A DNA stretch of 64,000 nt from Deltaproteobacteria bacterium (GTDB lineage Bacteria; Myxococcota_A; Polyangia; Polyangiales; Houyiibacteriaceae): the NCBI GenBank assembly GCA_004283055.1, contig SHLP01000004.1:29362-93361 (forward strand). The letters run 5' to 3'. Shown one piece after another: positions 9,577-18,900 of this stretch (positions within the stretch are counted from its first letter, which is position 1; every line of letters begins with the position of its first letter). Under the pieces are notes generated by a model. That model saw only the letters and a list, made by a program, of their open reading frames with translations, searched no databases and was not told the DNA's origin. A program made the position numbers and the translations under genes.

Positions 9577-10121
9577 TGGACCGTTCGCGCAAGCCCGCGG
9601 AGCGCAGGTGGATTCACTGGCTCGTGACCGCGATGGTCTTCGTCGCGTTCTACGCGTGGATGACACGTGGCAATGCGTCCCCTTTGATCGGAGAGCAGGC
9701 GCCCGATTTGAGCATGGCGGTCGCTGCCGGAGCGGAGTCCAACGGCCCGAGCAAGGTGACCCTTTCCGAAATGTCCGGCGGAGTCGTCGTCCTGGAATTC
9801 TGGGCGAGCTGGTGCGGAGCCTGCAAACGAACGACGCCGATTCTCAATGACCTTCAGGAGGCGTTCGCAGGGCGCGCGGTCTCGTTCTACGCGGTCAACG
9901 TCGAGGCTATCGATCGCCAGAGCCTCCGGGCCGCGCACGTAGCGTTCGGCGCCGAGTTCCCGAGCCTGCACGACCGTACCGGCACGATTCAAAGGCGATA
10001 CGCCATCAAGATGCTCCCCACGGTGATCGTCGTAGGCCCAGATGGCGTCATTCGCTGGGCTTCCACGGGCGTTCCAAGCAAGATGCGGCTCCGCGGAGCG
10101 ATCTCAGAGGCTCTGAATTAG
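9573..10121 (+). CDS. Membrane-anchored TlpA/ResA-like thiol:disulfide oxidoreductase
   Basis: N-terminal TM segment WLVTAMVFVAFYAW. Thioredoxin motif FWASWCGACK. The ATG overlaps the kinase stop (ATGA). Confidence 0.85.
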   Translation: MMDRSRKPAERRWIHWLVTAMVFVAFYAWMTRGNASPLIGEQAPDLSMAVAAGAESNGPSKVTLSEMSGGVVVLEFWASWCGACKRTTPILNDLQEAFAGRAVSFYAVNVEAIDRQSLRAAHVAFGAEFPSLHDRTGTIQRRYAIKMLPTVIVVGPDGVIRWASTGVPSKMRLRGAISEALN

Positions 10122-10219
10122 CCGAATTCGGTCATGGTTGACGACCTGGGGCACCGCTGATAGTTTCGCCGGCCGCACGGAGCCGACCTTCTAGGCTGCA
10201 CGCGAGTGGAGGGAATTCC

Positions 10220-10975
10220 TTGGTTCAAGCGCTTCAGGGTCCGAGCTTAGAAGAGCGAGTCGCCCAGCTTCAAGAGCTGCTGGATTCAGCCAACGCCCAG
10301 GCGCGCCAAGAGTATCAAGAGCGCTTCGATATCGCCTGGATCTACCACGACAGCGCGCTCGAAGGCGTCGTCTACTCCATGGACGAGCTCAGGGCCGCCA
10401 TCTACGACGAGACCGTCACCGACCCTGCGATGATCCCTGTCTACGACGAGGTCCGCAACCACATGGGCGCGATCGAGATGATTCGCGAGATGGCCGCGCG
10501 CCGGCGCTTCACGGTGAACCTCGACGTCATCAAAAAGCTCTACGCTCAACTGGCTCCGGAGGAGCTCGAAGGCAAGGGGCCGCCGAAGTACCGCAAAGAC
10601 ATGCCGCTTCACCGGCTCTACTTCCACGAGATCTCGCAGCCCGATAAGATCAGCTACCGAATGCGACAGCTCGTGCAATGGCTGTCGGACCCCGACACCA
10701 AGAAGACGATGCACCCCGTTCGCATGGCGAGTAAGGCGCACTACCAGTTGCTTCACATCTATCCGTTTCCACGTCATAGCGGCAAGGTCGCGCGACTGGT
10801 GATGAACCTGATCTTGATCCGCGGCGGTTTTCCTCCGGTCGTCATTCATGCAACCGAGCGGCAGCGGTATTACGAAGCGCTCCGGAGCGGTGAAGACGCC
10901 ACCGCGACCCTGGTGAATCAAGCCCTGGGCGCGGCCATTGAAACCGCAATTCAGTACTTCGAAGAAATGAAGTGA
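10220..10975 (+). CDS. Fic/Fido-domain protein with degenerate active-site motif
   Basis: TTG start, preceded by GGAGGG (10208-10213) with a 6-nt spacer. The Fic-like core is HIYPFPRHSGKVARLVMNLIL, against the canonical HPFx(D/E)GNGRxxR. Confidence 0.8.
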   Translation: MVQALQGPSLEERVAQLQELLDSANAQARQEYQERFDIAWIYHDSALEGVVYSMDELRAAIYDETVTDPAMIPVYDEVRNHMGAIEMIREMAARRRFTVNLDVIKKLYAQLAPEELEGKGPPKYRKDMPLHRLYFHEISQPDKISYRMRQLVQWLSDPDTKKTMHPVRMASKAHYQLLHIYPFPRHSGKVARLVMNLILIRGGFPPVVIHATERQRYYEALRSGEDATATLVNQALGAAIETAIQYFEEMK

Positions 10976-10978
10976 CGG

Positions 10979-11554
10979 CTATCGCGCTGCCGCCAGAAAT
11001 TGGGGAAGGGCCGAGATCACGGCGAGATAAGCTGCCCCGGCCTGAAGCGTTTCCTCAGCATTTTGCGGGGAAATCCCACCGATCGCGACCACCGGCCGAG
11101 ACAAGGACGCGCACACCGTTTTGAGCTGACCGAGACCCACCGTGGGGTCTGGGTTCTCTTTGGTCTTCGTTGGGAAGACCGGGCCGAAGGCGATCAGGTC
11201 CGCGCCCTGAGCCTGTGCGGCGACGGCCTGTTCGAGGCTATGTGTCGAGACTCCTATTTGCATCTTGCCCACGACTTGGCGGGCTTCCTCGATCGAGAGG
11301 TCGTCTTGCCCCAGATGCAGGCCGTCCGCCTCGACCAGCTTCGCGACGTCCGCGCGATCGTTCACGACGAAAGGAACCCCGGCATGGGCGCAGGCGGAGC
11401 GCACCCTCGACGCGATCTCGAGCAACGGAGCGTCATCGAGGCGCTTGGCGCGAAGCTGTACGATGGCGCAGCCCGCGTTGAGCACCTGGAAAGCGAGCTC
11501 GAGCGGGCGCTCCGCGTACTCGGCGTCCACAATTGCGTAGATAGACTCAATCAA
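10979..11554 (-). CDS. thiE: Thiamine-phosphate synthase
   Basis: 191 aa. IYAIVD...VQLRAK...VNDRADVA...GLHLGQDD...IGVSTH...GADLIAFGPVFPT...AIGGI matches ThiE throughout. Confidence 0.9.
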   Translation of the reverse strand: MIESIYAIVDAEYAERPLELAFQVLNAGCAIVQLRAKRLDDAPLLEIASRVRSACAHAGVPFVVNDRADVAKLVEADGLHLGQDDLSIEEARQVVGKMQIGVSTHSLEQAVAAQAQGADLIAFGPVFPTKTKENPDPTVGLGQLKTVCASLSRPVVAIGGISPQNAEETLQAGAAYLAVISALPQFLAAAR

Positions 11555-12410
11555 GCGGATCGGCTCCGGTTAGCTTACCGTAGAGCTCTGGGCGTCGGTC
11601 GCGAAAGAACCCCCAGTTGGCGCGGTAACGCCGAAGCGCGTCCCGATCAAAGGAGGCGGCTGCGACGCCTTCATCGTCGCGTCCGAGCTCGGCGCACAGG
11701 TTGCCGCGCTGGTCACAGACGAACGAGCTTCCGTAAAAGGTCAGACCTGCTTCTTCGCCGATGCGGTTGGCCGCTGCGACAGGCATGGCGTTGGCCACCG
11801 CGTGGCCGACCATCACCCGTCTCCAAGCCGCCTGGCTGTCCTCGTCCGGCGCCTCTGGCTCGCTGCCGATGGCCGTGGGGTAAAGGAGAGCCTCGGCCCC
11901 CTGCAGGGCCATGCTGCGGGCGGCTTCAGGGAACCACTGATCCCAGCAAATCCCGACACCGATAATTCCGTGGCGCGTCTTCCATGCCCGAAAACCCGTG
12001 TCTCCGGGCCGAAAATAGAATTTTTCCTCGTAGCCCGGACCGTCGGGAATGTGACTCTTTCGGTATACGCCAAGCTGTTTGCCGTCGGCGTCGATCGTCA
12101 CGACGCTATTGTAATAGACCTGCCCGGCGCGTTCGAAAAGGGAGATTGGGAGCACCACGCCGAGCTCATCGGCAAGGGCCTGCATGCGGCCCAGGGTCGG
12201 ATGCGAATCCAGAGGCGCTGCTAGGTCGAACGCACGCTCGTCCTCGGTTTGCGGGAAGTACCGGCCTTCGAAGAGCTCCGGGGTGAGGATGATTTCTGCG
12301 CCCCGCCCGGCGGCCTCGCGAATCAGGCCTTCGACACGCGCCACGTTGATCTCCCGCGCGTCCCCGAGCGAGCATTGGACGATTCCGATCGACAGTGAGG
12401 AGGCGGTCAT
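11547..12410 (-). CDS. aguB: N-carbamoylputrescine amidase (carbon-nitrogen hydrolase family)
   Basis: Contains PELFEGRYF, YRKSHIPDGPGYEEKFYFRPGD, GVGICWDQWFPEAAR and catalytic E-K-C context typical of AguB. Overlaps aguA by 4 nt and thiE by 8 nt. Confidence 0.9.
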   Translation of the reverse strand: MTASSLSIGIVQCSLGDAREINVARVEGLIREAAGRGAEIILTPELFEGRYFPQTEDERAFDLAAPLDSHPTLGRMQALADELGVVLPISLFERAGQVYYNSVVTIDADGKQLGVYRKSHIPDGPGYEEKFYFRPGDTGFRAWKTRHGIIGVGICWDQWFPEAARSMALQGAEALLYPTAIGSEPEAPDEDSQAAWRRVMVGHAVANAMPVAAANRIGEEAGLTFYGSSFVCDQRGNLCAELGRDDEGVAAASFDRDALRRYRANWGFFRDRRPELYGKLTGADPLD

Positions 12411-13405
12411 GACCTGATGGGCTCGGCTTGGGTAACGCAGTGAAACGCTCCACCTCCCCTTAGCAGGTCTGCGGCGGGCAGGCCGACCACCTGGCGCTCT
12501 GCGAACGCTTTCGAGAGCTCTTCGAGCGCCGTCTCGTCCTCGGGGACGCCGTACGTCGGAACGATCACCGCAGAGTTCGCGATGTAGAAGTTGCAGTAGC
12601 TCGCCGGCAGCGGTTCACCGTTGGGAGCTCGGAGCGCCGGCGCGGCGGGGAGGCTCACGACGTTCAGGCGGGCAGCGTGCAGCTTTTGCTGGATCGAGTG
12701 CAACGCCTCGGCATTCGGCGCGCTCGGGTTCGACCGCATGCAGACGACGGTGTCGAGCCCGACGAATCGGGCGATCATGTCGACGTGACCGTCCGTGTGG
12801 TCGTGCTTCAAGCCCTCGTCGAGCCAGATCAGTCGCTCGATCGACACCCGGTCCCCCAATGCCTTCTCGAAAGCGTCGCGCGTCAGGCCCGGGTTTCGGT
12901 TTGGGTTCAGCGCGCACGAGGCGGTCGTGAGAAATGTCCCCTGGCCGTTGGTCTCGAGCGCGCCTCCCTCTAGAACGATCGGGCATTCGAAGCGCCGGGC
13001 CCTGAGCTGTCCCGTCAGCCAGCGGCTGACGCCGGCGTCGAAAGGCGTCTCGTACTTGCCGCCCCAGCCGTTGAACTCGAAGCAGAGAGCACCGAGCTCG
13101 CCGTCGGCCGTGTGCCCGATAAGGGGCGCTGTGTCGCGCAGCCAGCAGTCACCGTAGTCCGAGGTGACGTAGCGAAGATTGGCCAGGTCGCCGATCAACG
13201 ATCGCGCCCGCGCTTCGATCTCCTGGTCTCGAACGAGCAGCCGCACCGCCTCGTTTCCTGCTTCCGCGATTGCGCGGCACAAAGCTGCGATCGACGCTTG
13301 CGCGGCGCCGAGATGGAGCGGCCACTCGTCCTCTAGGTAGGGAAAAGCAAGCCAGCAGGCGGCATGTGGCTCCCACTCCGCGGGAAGCCGAAGTCGTTCA
13401 ATCAC
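12407..13405 (-). CDS. aguA: Agmatine deiminase
   Basis: Has LPAEWEPHAACWLAFP at the N-terminus, DCWLRD, TDGHVD, and C-terminal GGGAFHCVTQ (catalytic Cys). Confidence 0.9.
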   Translation of the reverse strand: MIERLRLPAEWEPHAACWLAFPYLEDEWPLHLGAAQASIAALCRAIAEAGNEAVRLLVRDQEIEARARSLIGDLANLRYVTSDYGDCWLRDTAPLIGHTADGELGALCFEFNGWGGKYETPFDAGVSRWLTGQLRARRFECPIVLEGGALETNGQGTFLTTASCALNPNRNPGLTRDAFEKALGDRVSIERLIWLDEGLKHDHTDGHVDMIARFVGLDTVVCMRSNPSAPNAEALHSIQQKLHAARLNVVSLPAAPALRAPNGEPLPASYCNFYIANSAVIVPTYGVPEDETALEELSKAFAERQVVGLPAADLLRGGGAFHCVTQAEPIRS

Positions 13406-13414
13406 CCCTGAAAC

Positions 13415-14452
13415 CTACCACGCGAAGACACGCGCCTCACCGAAGCGCGCGACCATGTCCTCCACATGGCCGAGCACCGCGCGACGCCGTCGTTCGAGGC
13501 CGTCTAGCTGCTTCTCGTTGAGCACAGGAGCGAGAGGATCCTCGCGCAACCTGGAGGCAAATCGGCCGATATCCAGTGCTCGCACCGCGTCGATCGTCGA
13601 CCGCCGAAAGCGCTGGAGAGCCTTCAAGCGAGCCTCCATCAAGCCCAGACGCTGTTGTCCGAGCCAGAACCCGGCGCCGTTGTCGAGGTAGATCAAAGGC
13701 CCGCCCTTTTCGCGCGACCTCACGTTGGTGAAGTCACCACCCCAGCGGTCCACGTTCTGGGTGAGGTAGTCGAAGACGATCAGATCGGAGAGCTCGGCAG
13801 GCCGCGCATCGATGTCGGGGGCCCGGGCGACCGGCCGAGTTGGATCGGTCGCTTCCCGAATCCCGGGGCGGCGATTGAGGTCGGCGCGATAGTCGACCGG
13901 CCGTTGGTACGGCGTAATGGGGAGCGACTTCTGGACTCGCACCCAACGTTCCCAGCCGCGGCCCATGCGGACGCGCTCCAGACGCTCCGGGATCCACCAG
14001 ATGAAGGCCCCCTTGATCGTGCCGTCCTTTTCGATGCCGAGCTCGCTCACCCGCGAGTCCGTACCCGCTGCGGCTCGCAGCTCGCTCCAGCGAAATCTGC
14101 GACCGGTCGTTGGAGGCACGCGGCCCATGCCGAGCTCACGATCCAGGTAGTAGGCGGCGAGCTCAGAGTACCAATGTGCTGCGGAAAAGGTTTGCTTGGG
14201 CTTGAAGTAGCCTTCTGTCCCGTCGGTCAAGGTGATCTTGAACGCCAAGCTGCGACCGCCTTTGCCTTTGCTCACTTCGGCAATCTCAGCGGTCCGCAGA
14301 GCCTCGATTCGCTCGCGATCCGGATGTCCGAGAAAGGCAGCGCGGTCGTCCTCGGCCGCCCCAGGCGTGGGCCAGAAGAGAGCCAGGAAAAGAAGGACGG
14401 GGGCTAGCTGCGGCACCTCCGGGAGCCTACTGCCGGCCGTCCCTAAACCCAT
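13415..14452 (-). CDS. Secreted FAM20/Golgi-casein-kinase-like (atypical kinase fold) protein
   Basis: I start it at the ATG at 14452 (MGLGTAGSRLPEVPQLAPVLLFLALFWPTPGAAEDD, a signal peptide). The Arg/Pro-rich upstream extension of the ORF overlaps the OCD gene, so I drop it. Motifs: GYFKPKQ, ELAAYYLDRELGMGRVPPTTGRRF, VFDYLTQNVDRW, IYLDNGAGF. Confidence 0.75.
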   Translation of the reverse strand: MGLGTAGSRLPEVPQLAPVLLFLALFWPTPGAAEDDRAAFLGHPDRERIEALRTAEIAEVSKGKGGRSLAFKITLTDGTEGYFKPKQTFSAAHWYSELAAYYLDRELGMGRVPPTTGRRFRWSELRAAAGTDSRVSELGIEKDGTIKGAFIWWIPERLERVRMGRGWERWVRVQKSLPITPYQRPVDYRADLNRRPGIREATDPTRPVARAPDIDARPAELSDLIVFDYLTQNVDRWGGDFTNVRSREKGGPLIYLDNGAGFWLGQQRLGLMEARLKALQRFRRSTIDAVRALDIGRFASRLREDPLAPVLNEKQLDGLERRRRAVLGHVEDMVARFGEARVFAW

Positions 14453-14490
14453 ATTTTTCGCCCGAAATCCGCCTGGCGACCCCTTCGCGG

Positions 14491-15468
14491 CTAGTCGCTC
14501 ATGGCGGCGTCGAGGCCGAGGAGGTCGATCTCGCGGCCGATCGATTGACGCTGCGCCGCTTCGAAAACCGCGCGAGCCAGCGCGAGGTCCTGGATGGCGA
14601 GGCCCGTCGAGTCGAAGATGGTCGTGGTCGAGACGCCAGGCTTCGGCGCTAGGCCGGCGACGACCTCGCCTAAGGTGCCCGCCACTTGGCTGAGCTCGAT
14701 GTCGCCGGCTCCGAGGGGGACGTTGATCTCCCCGCTTCCCGTCGCCTGATGAATGTCGTCGATGTAGACCGCCGAGCTCTGAAGCAGGTCGGTGGCAAGC
14801 TCCTGCTTGCCCGGTGCGTCGGCCCCCATTGCGTTGATGTGCGCGCCCGGTCGAATCCACTTCGCCTCGACGAAGGGCGTTCGCGAAGGCGTCGCCGTGC
14901 AGACGATATCGGCCGCGGCGGCTTCCTCCAGGGTGACGGCGCGCGCGCCAACCCGCTCGGCAAAGGCCGCTGCGGTGCTGTCGTTGCGGTCATAGGCGAG
15001 GCTTTCGAAGTCGTCGAAAACCACTTGGTGCGTGCCGTGAAGGGTATGGGCCTGCACTCCGCAGCCGATGAAACCGATCGTCTTTGGACTGGGCTGCGCG
15101 AGGTATTTGGATGCGACCGCGGCTGCCGCACCGGTCCGCAGCGCCGTGAGAAGCGTGCCGTCCATGACGGCCAAGGGGAACGCGTTTGCAGGGTCGCTCA
15201 GTACGTAGACCGCCATCACGGTGGGGAGCCCAAATCGCTTTCGATTCTGGGCGTGGACGTTCACCCATTTGATGCCGGCGGAGGCGCCGAGTCGTGAAGG
15301 CATGGCTCGAAAGTCACCATCGTGGTCCGGGATCGGAAGGTAGACTTTGGGAGGCATGCTCGCCTCGCCGCGCCCGAAGGCAGCGAATGCGCGCTCCACC
15401 GAGGAGACGGCGACCTCCATCGTTGCAAGTCGTTCGACCTCGGATCTCGTCAGCATCCGTGTTTTCAT
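14491..15468 (-). CDS. Ornithine cyclodeaminase/mu-crystallin family enzyme
   Basis: 325 aa. Has FRAMPSRLG...GIKWVNVH, GTLLTALRTGAAAAVASKYLA and a Rossmann GFIGCGVQA motif. Confidence 0.88.
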   Translation of the reverse strand: MKTRMLTRSEVERLATMEVAVSSVERAFAAFGRGEASMPPKVYLPIPDHDGDFRAMPSRLGASAGIKWVNVHAQNRKRFGLPTVMAVYVLSDPANAFPLAVMDGTLLTALRTGAAAAVASKYLAQPSPKTIGFIGCGVQAHTLHGTHQVVFDDFESLAYDRNDSTAAAFAERVGARAVTLEEAAAADIVCTATPSRTPFVEAKWIRPGAHINAMGADAPGKQELATDLLQSSAVYIDDIHQATGSGEINVPLGAGDIELSQVAGTLGEVVAGLAPKPGVSTTTIFDSTGLAIQDLALARAVFEAAQRQSIGREIDLLGLDAAMSD

Positions 15469-15548
15469 CGGCTCGGCCTCCTCGAAGCTCTATTCGCGGC
15501 GCGGTCGTTTGGGTATAGTCCGCCCGGCTCACCGTAACTAGGAGAAGG

Positions 15549-15968
15549 ATGATGTCCCCCTCAGCACTTGCGCTCGTCGGCTACGTAGCTTGGACGATCC
15601 TGTTGGCATCGACGATCGTGTTCTATCGCACGGCGCTCGTGCTCAAAAAGGAACGCGCAGCGAACGACTTCCTTCCGAGTGGCGAAGACGTTTCTCCATT
15701 TTCGAACCGTCTTTGCCGGGCTCAGGCCAATTGCTTCGAGAACCTGCCAGCGTTCGCGGCGCTGATTCTGCTCGCGCTGGCGACCGGTCACACGGACATC
15801 ACCGATCCGCTGGCGCGCTGGGTGCTCGTCGCGCGCGTGGCACAGTCTACCGTGCATCTCATCTCGACGAGCGAGATGGCCGTCTCCCTTCGCGCGCTTC
15901 TCCTCCTCGTCCAACTGGGCGTCGAGGCCTACTGGGTCGTTCAATTCGGCTTGCTGGGCTTCGCTTAG
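15549..15968 (+). CDS. MAPEG-family small membrane protein
   Basis: 139 aa with about 4 TM helices. RAQANCFENLPAFAALIL resembles the MAPEG core. GGAGAAGG RBS lies just upstream, and a TATAGT hexamer is at 15514-15519. Confidence 0.7.
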   Translation: MMSPSALALVGYVAWTILLASTIVFYRTALVLKKERAANDFLPSGEDVSPFSNRLCRAQANCFENLPAFAALILLALATGHTDITDPLARWVLVARVAQSTVHLISTSEMAVSLRALLLLVQLGVEAYWVVQFGLLGFA

Positions 15969-15976
15969 CGCCTGGG

Positions 15977-18900
15977 TCAGTGGAAGTCGCGCGAGCGGTG
16001 GGTTTGCTCTGCGAGTGAAACGTCCGGCGCCCATAGCGACTTCGCGATCAGGTGAATGACACCGTCTGCTCTTTGAATCTCACCGGTCACGCCAAGCAGA
16101 GGAGCGGTCTTGGCGAGCAGCGCGTGGCGGGTGAAGACCTGCTTCCAGACGACCACGTTGACGAAGCCGGTTTCGTCTTCGAGCGTAAAGAAGGTGACGC
16201 CCGATGCGGTGCCCGGACGCTGGCGGCAGATCACCATGCCGACATAGTCGAGCTCGGATCCGTGCCCACAGCCATGGACGCGGCTTGCCTCGGGGATGCC
16301 TCGTGAACGCAGCGCGTCGCGAAGCCCTCGCATGGGATGGCCGCGCGTGCTGTGATGACTCGAACGGTAGTCCCAGATGACCTCGTCTTCGCGGGCCAAG
16401 GAGGCAAAGGAAATCTGACTCGACGCCGGTTCGAGCGGCAGGGAATCCTGGGAGAAACGTGACAGGCTTCGGACCTGCCAAATCGCGTCGCGCCGGTTGA
16501 GCCCGAAGCACTCGAAGGCGCCTGCCTCGGCCAGCGCATGCAAGGCCTTCTTGTTGAGCCCGGCCTGGCGAACGAAGGTCGCGAGGTTTGGCAATGGCCG
16601 ATCGGTCGCCTCGACCCGTTCGCGCTCGCGTGCTCCAAGGCCCTTCACGTATCGCAGCCCCATCTGCACCCCGTAAAGACGCCGCTTCGCGTCGTCCACG
16701 GGGCTTTGCCCCGTCTTGCTGGCGATTGGGAATAGGGTGCAGTCCCATTGGCTCCTGTTGATGTCGATCGGCCGAACTTCGACCCCGTGCCGTTTGGCGT
16801 CTTCGACCAGGGTGGCCGGGCTGTAGAATCCCATCGGCTGCGCATTGAGAATCGCACAGGTAAACGCCTCGTGGTGGTGGCGCCGGAGCCAGGCGGTGAC
16901 GTAGGCTAGCAAGGCAAACGACGCGGCGTGGCTTTCGGGAAAGCCGTACTCACCAAAGCCACGAATCTGCGAAAACACACGCTCCGCAAACTCTTCGGGG
17001 ATCCCCTCTTCGAGCATCCGTGGGACCATGCGCGAACGGTGCTTCTCGATGCGACCGGACTTGCGCCATGCAGCCATGTCACGGCGCAGCTGATCGGCTT
17101 CGCCCGCCGTGTAGCCTGCTGCCTCGACGGCCAGCTTCATGACTTGCTCTTGGAAGATTGGAACGCCGAGGGTCTTCTTCAGGATGCGCTCCAACTTCGG
17201 ATGCGGATAGTCGACTTCTTCCTCACCCTTACGCCGGCGCAGGTACGGATGCACCATGTCGCCTTGAATCGGACCGGGGCGTACGAGCGCGACCTCGATG
17301 ACCAAATCGTAAAAGGTACGCGGCTGAAGCCGTGGCAGCATCGCCATCTGTGCACGGCTTTCGATTTGAAAGACGCCGACCGTGTCGCCTTTGGAGACCA
17401 TCGCGTACGTGGCTTCATCTTCGGCAGGGACGGTTGCGATCTCGAGGACTTCGCCTTTGTGCTCGCGCAGAAGATCAAATGCCCGATGAATGCAGCTGAG
17501 GACTCCTAGGCCCAAGAGATCGACCTTGAACAGAGCCAGATTGTCGACGTCGTACTTGTCCCACTGGATGACGGTGCGGGCCTCCATGCTGGCCGGCTCG
17601 ATGGGGACGATCTCGTCCACCGGCCGATGGCCGAGCAAAAAACCGCCTGGATGAATCGATAAATGCCTAGGAAAATCAAGCACTTCACTTGCCAATGACC
17701 AGAGCTGCCGAGTGGCCGGCGCGTCCGCGTCGAGCCCAGCCTCACGAAGCAGCTCGGGGTTGAAGGCGTCGTCCCGGTGCCTCAGCAGCCGTGTCGCGGC
17801 TTCCAGGTCTGTTCGGGCCAAGCCAAGCACCTTACCGACATCGCGAACCGCAGAACGGATTCGATAGCGAATGATGTTTGCGACCATCGCCGCATGACGG
17901 CGCCCGTACTTCTCATAAACGTGTTGGATGACCTCTTCGCGGCGCTCGTGCTCGATGTCGAGATCGATGTCCGGAGGCTCGGCTCGCTCGACGCTCAAAA
18001 AACGCTCGAACAAAAGATCCATCCGTACGGGATCAATTGCCGTGATGCCGAGACAGAAACACACGGCGCTGTTCGCCGCACTGCCACGACCCTGGCACAG
18101 GATGCCCTGCTGACGGCAGTACTGAACGATCTCGTACATCGTGAGGAAGTATCCGCCGTAGTCCAGCTTGCGAATGATCTGAAGCTCACGTTCGATCTGT
18201 GTACGGACGTTCGGAGGCACCTTGCCTCGATAACGTCTGTGCGCACCGCGAAACGTGAGGTCGCGTAGCCAACCCTGCTCACTGTGTCCCGAGGGAAGAT
18301 TCTCCTCGGGATATCGATAGCGAAGATCGTCGAGACTGAACGTGCACTGTTCGGCGATCTCGAGCGTACGACGAAGGCATGCGGGATCGTCCGCAAAGAG
18401 ACGTTCGATCTCTTGGCTGGGCTTGAGATCGTGCTCTGCGTTCGCGCAGATTGTATGTCCGGCTTGGGAAAGCACTTTTCCCCTGCGAATACATGCTAAA
18501 ACGTCTTGCAGAGGGCGCCTCAGCTTGTCGTGATAGAGGACTTCGTTGGCGCCTACTGTCTGCACGGAAAGCTCTCTTGCAACGGAGCGCAAGGCTTTCT
18601 CTTTCGGCTTTTCGCGATCGCTCAAATGACGAGCACAAAGTGCGAAGACCGACGAAGGGCCATGACTCGCATGCAAGGCACGTAAAGCTTCAGTGCCCGA
18701 GGAAAGAAAAAACAAATCGTGCAGCGAGCCGAGCTCTTCGCCGTGAATGAGAGAGCTGCCTTTCTCGCAGCGGGCGTGACCGCGAGACAAGACTCTGCAG
18801 AGATTCGCGTAACCGCTTCGCGTTTTGGCGAGCGCTACGACGTGCTGTGCATGGCCTTCGAAATCGACCATGAGCTGGGCGCCAGTGACGACGCGGACGC

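Noticed and set aside
14453-14860. A 136-codon N-terminal extension of the FAM20-like ORF.
   Set aside because: It is extremely Arg/Gly/Pro-rich and overlaps the 3' end of the OCD-family gene. An internal ATG at 14452 is followed by a good signal peptide.
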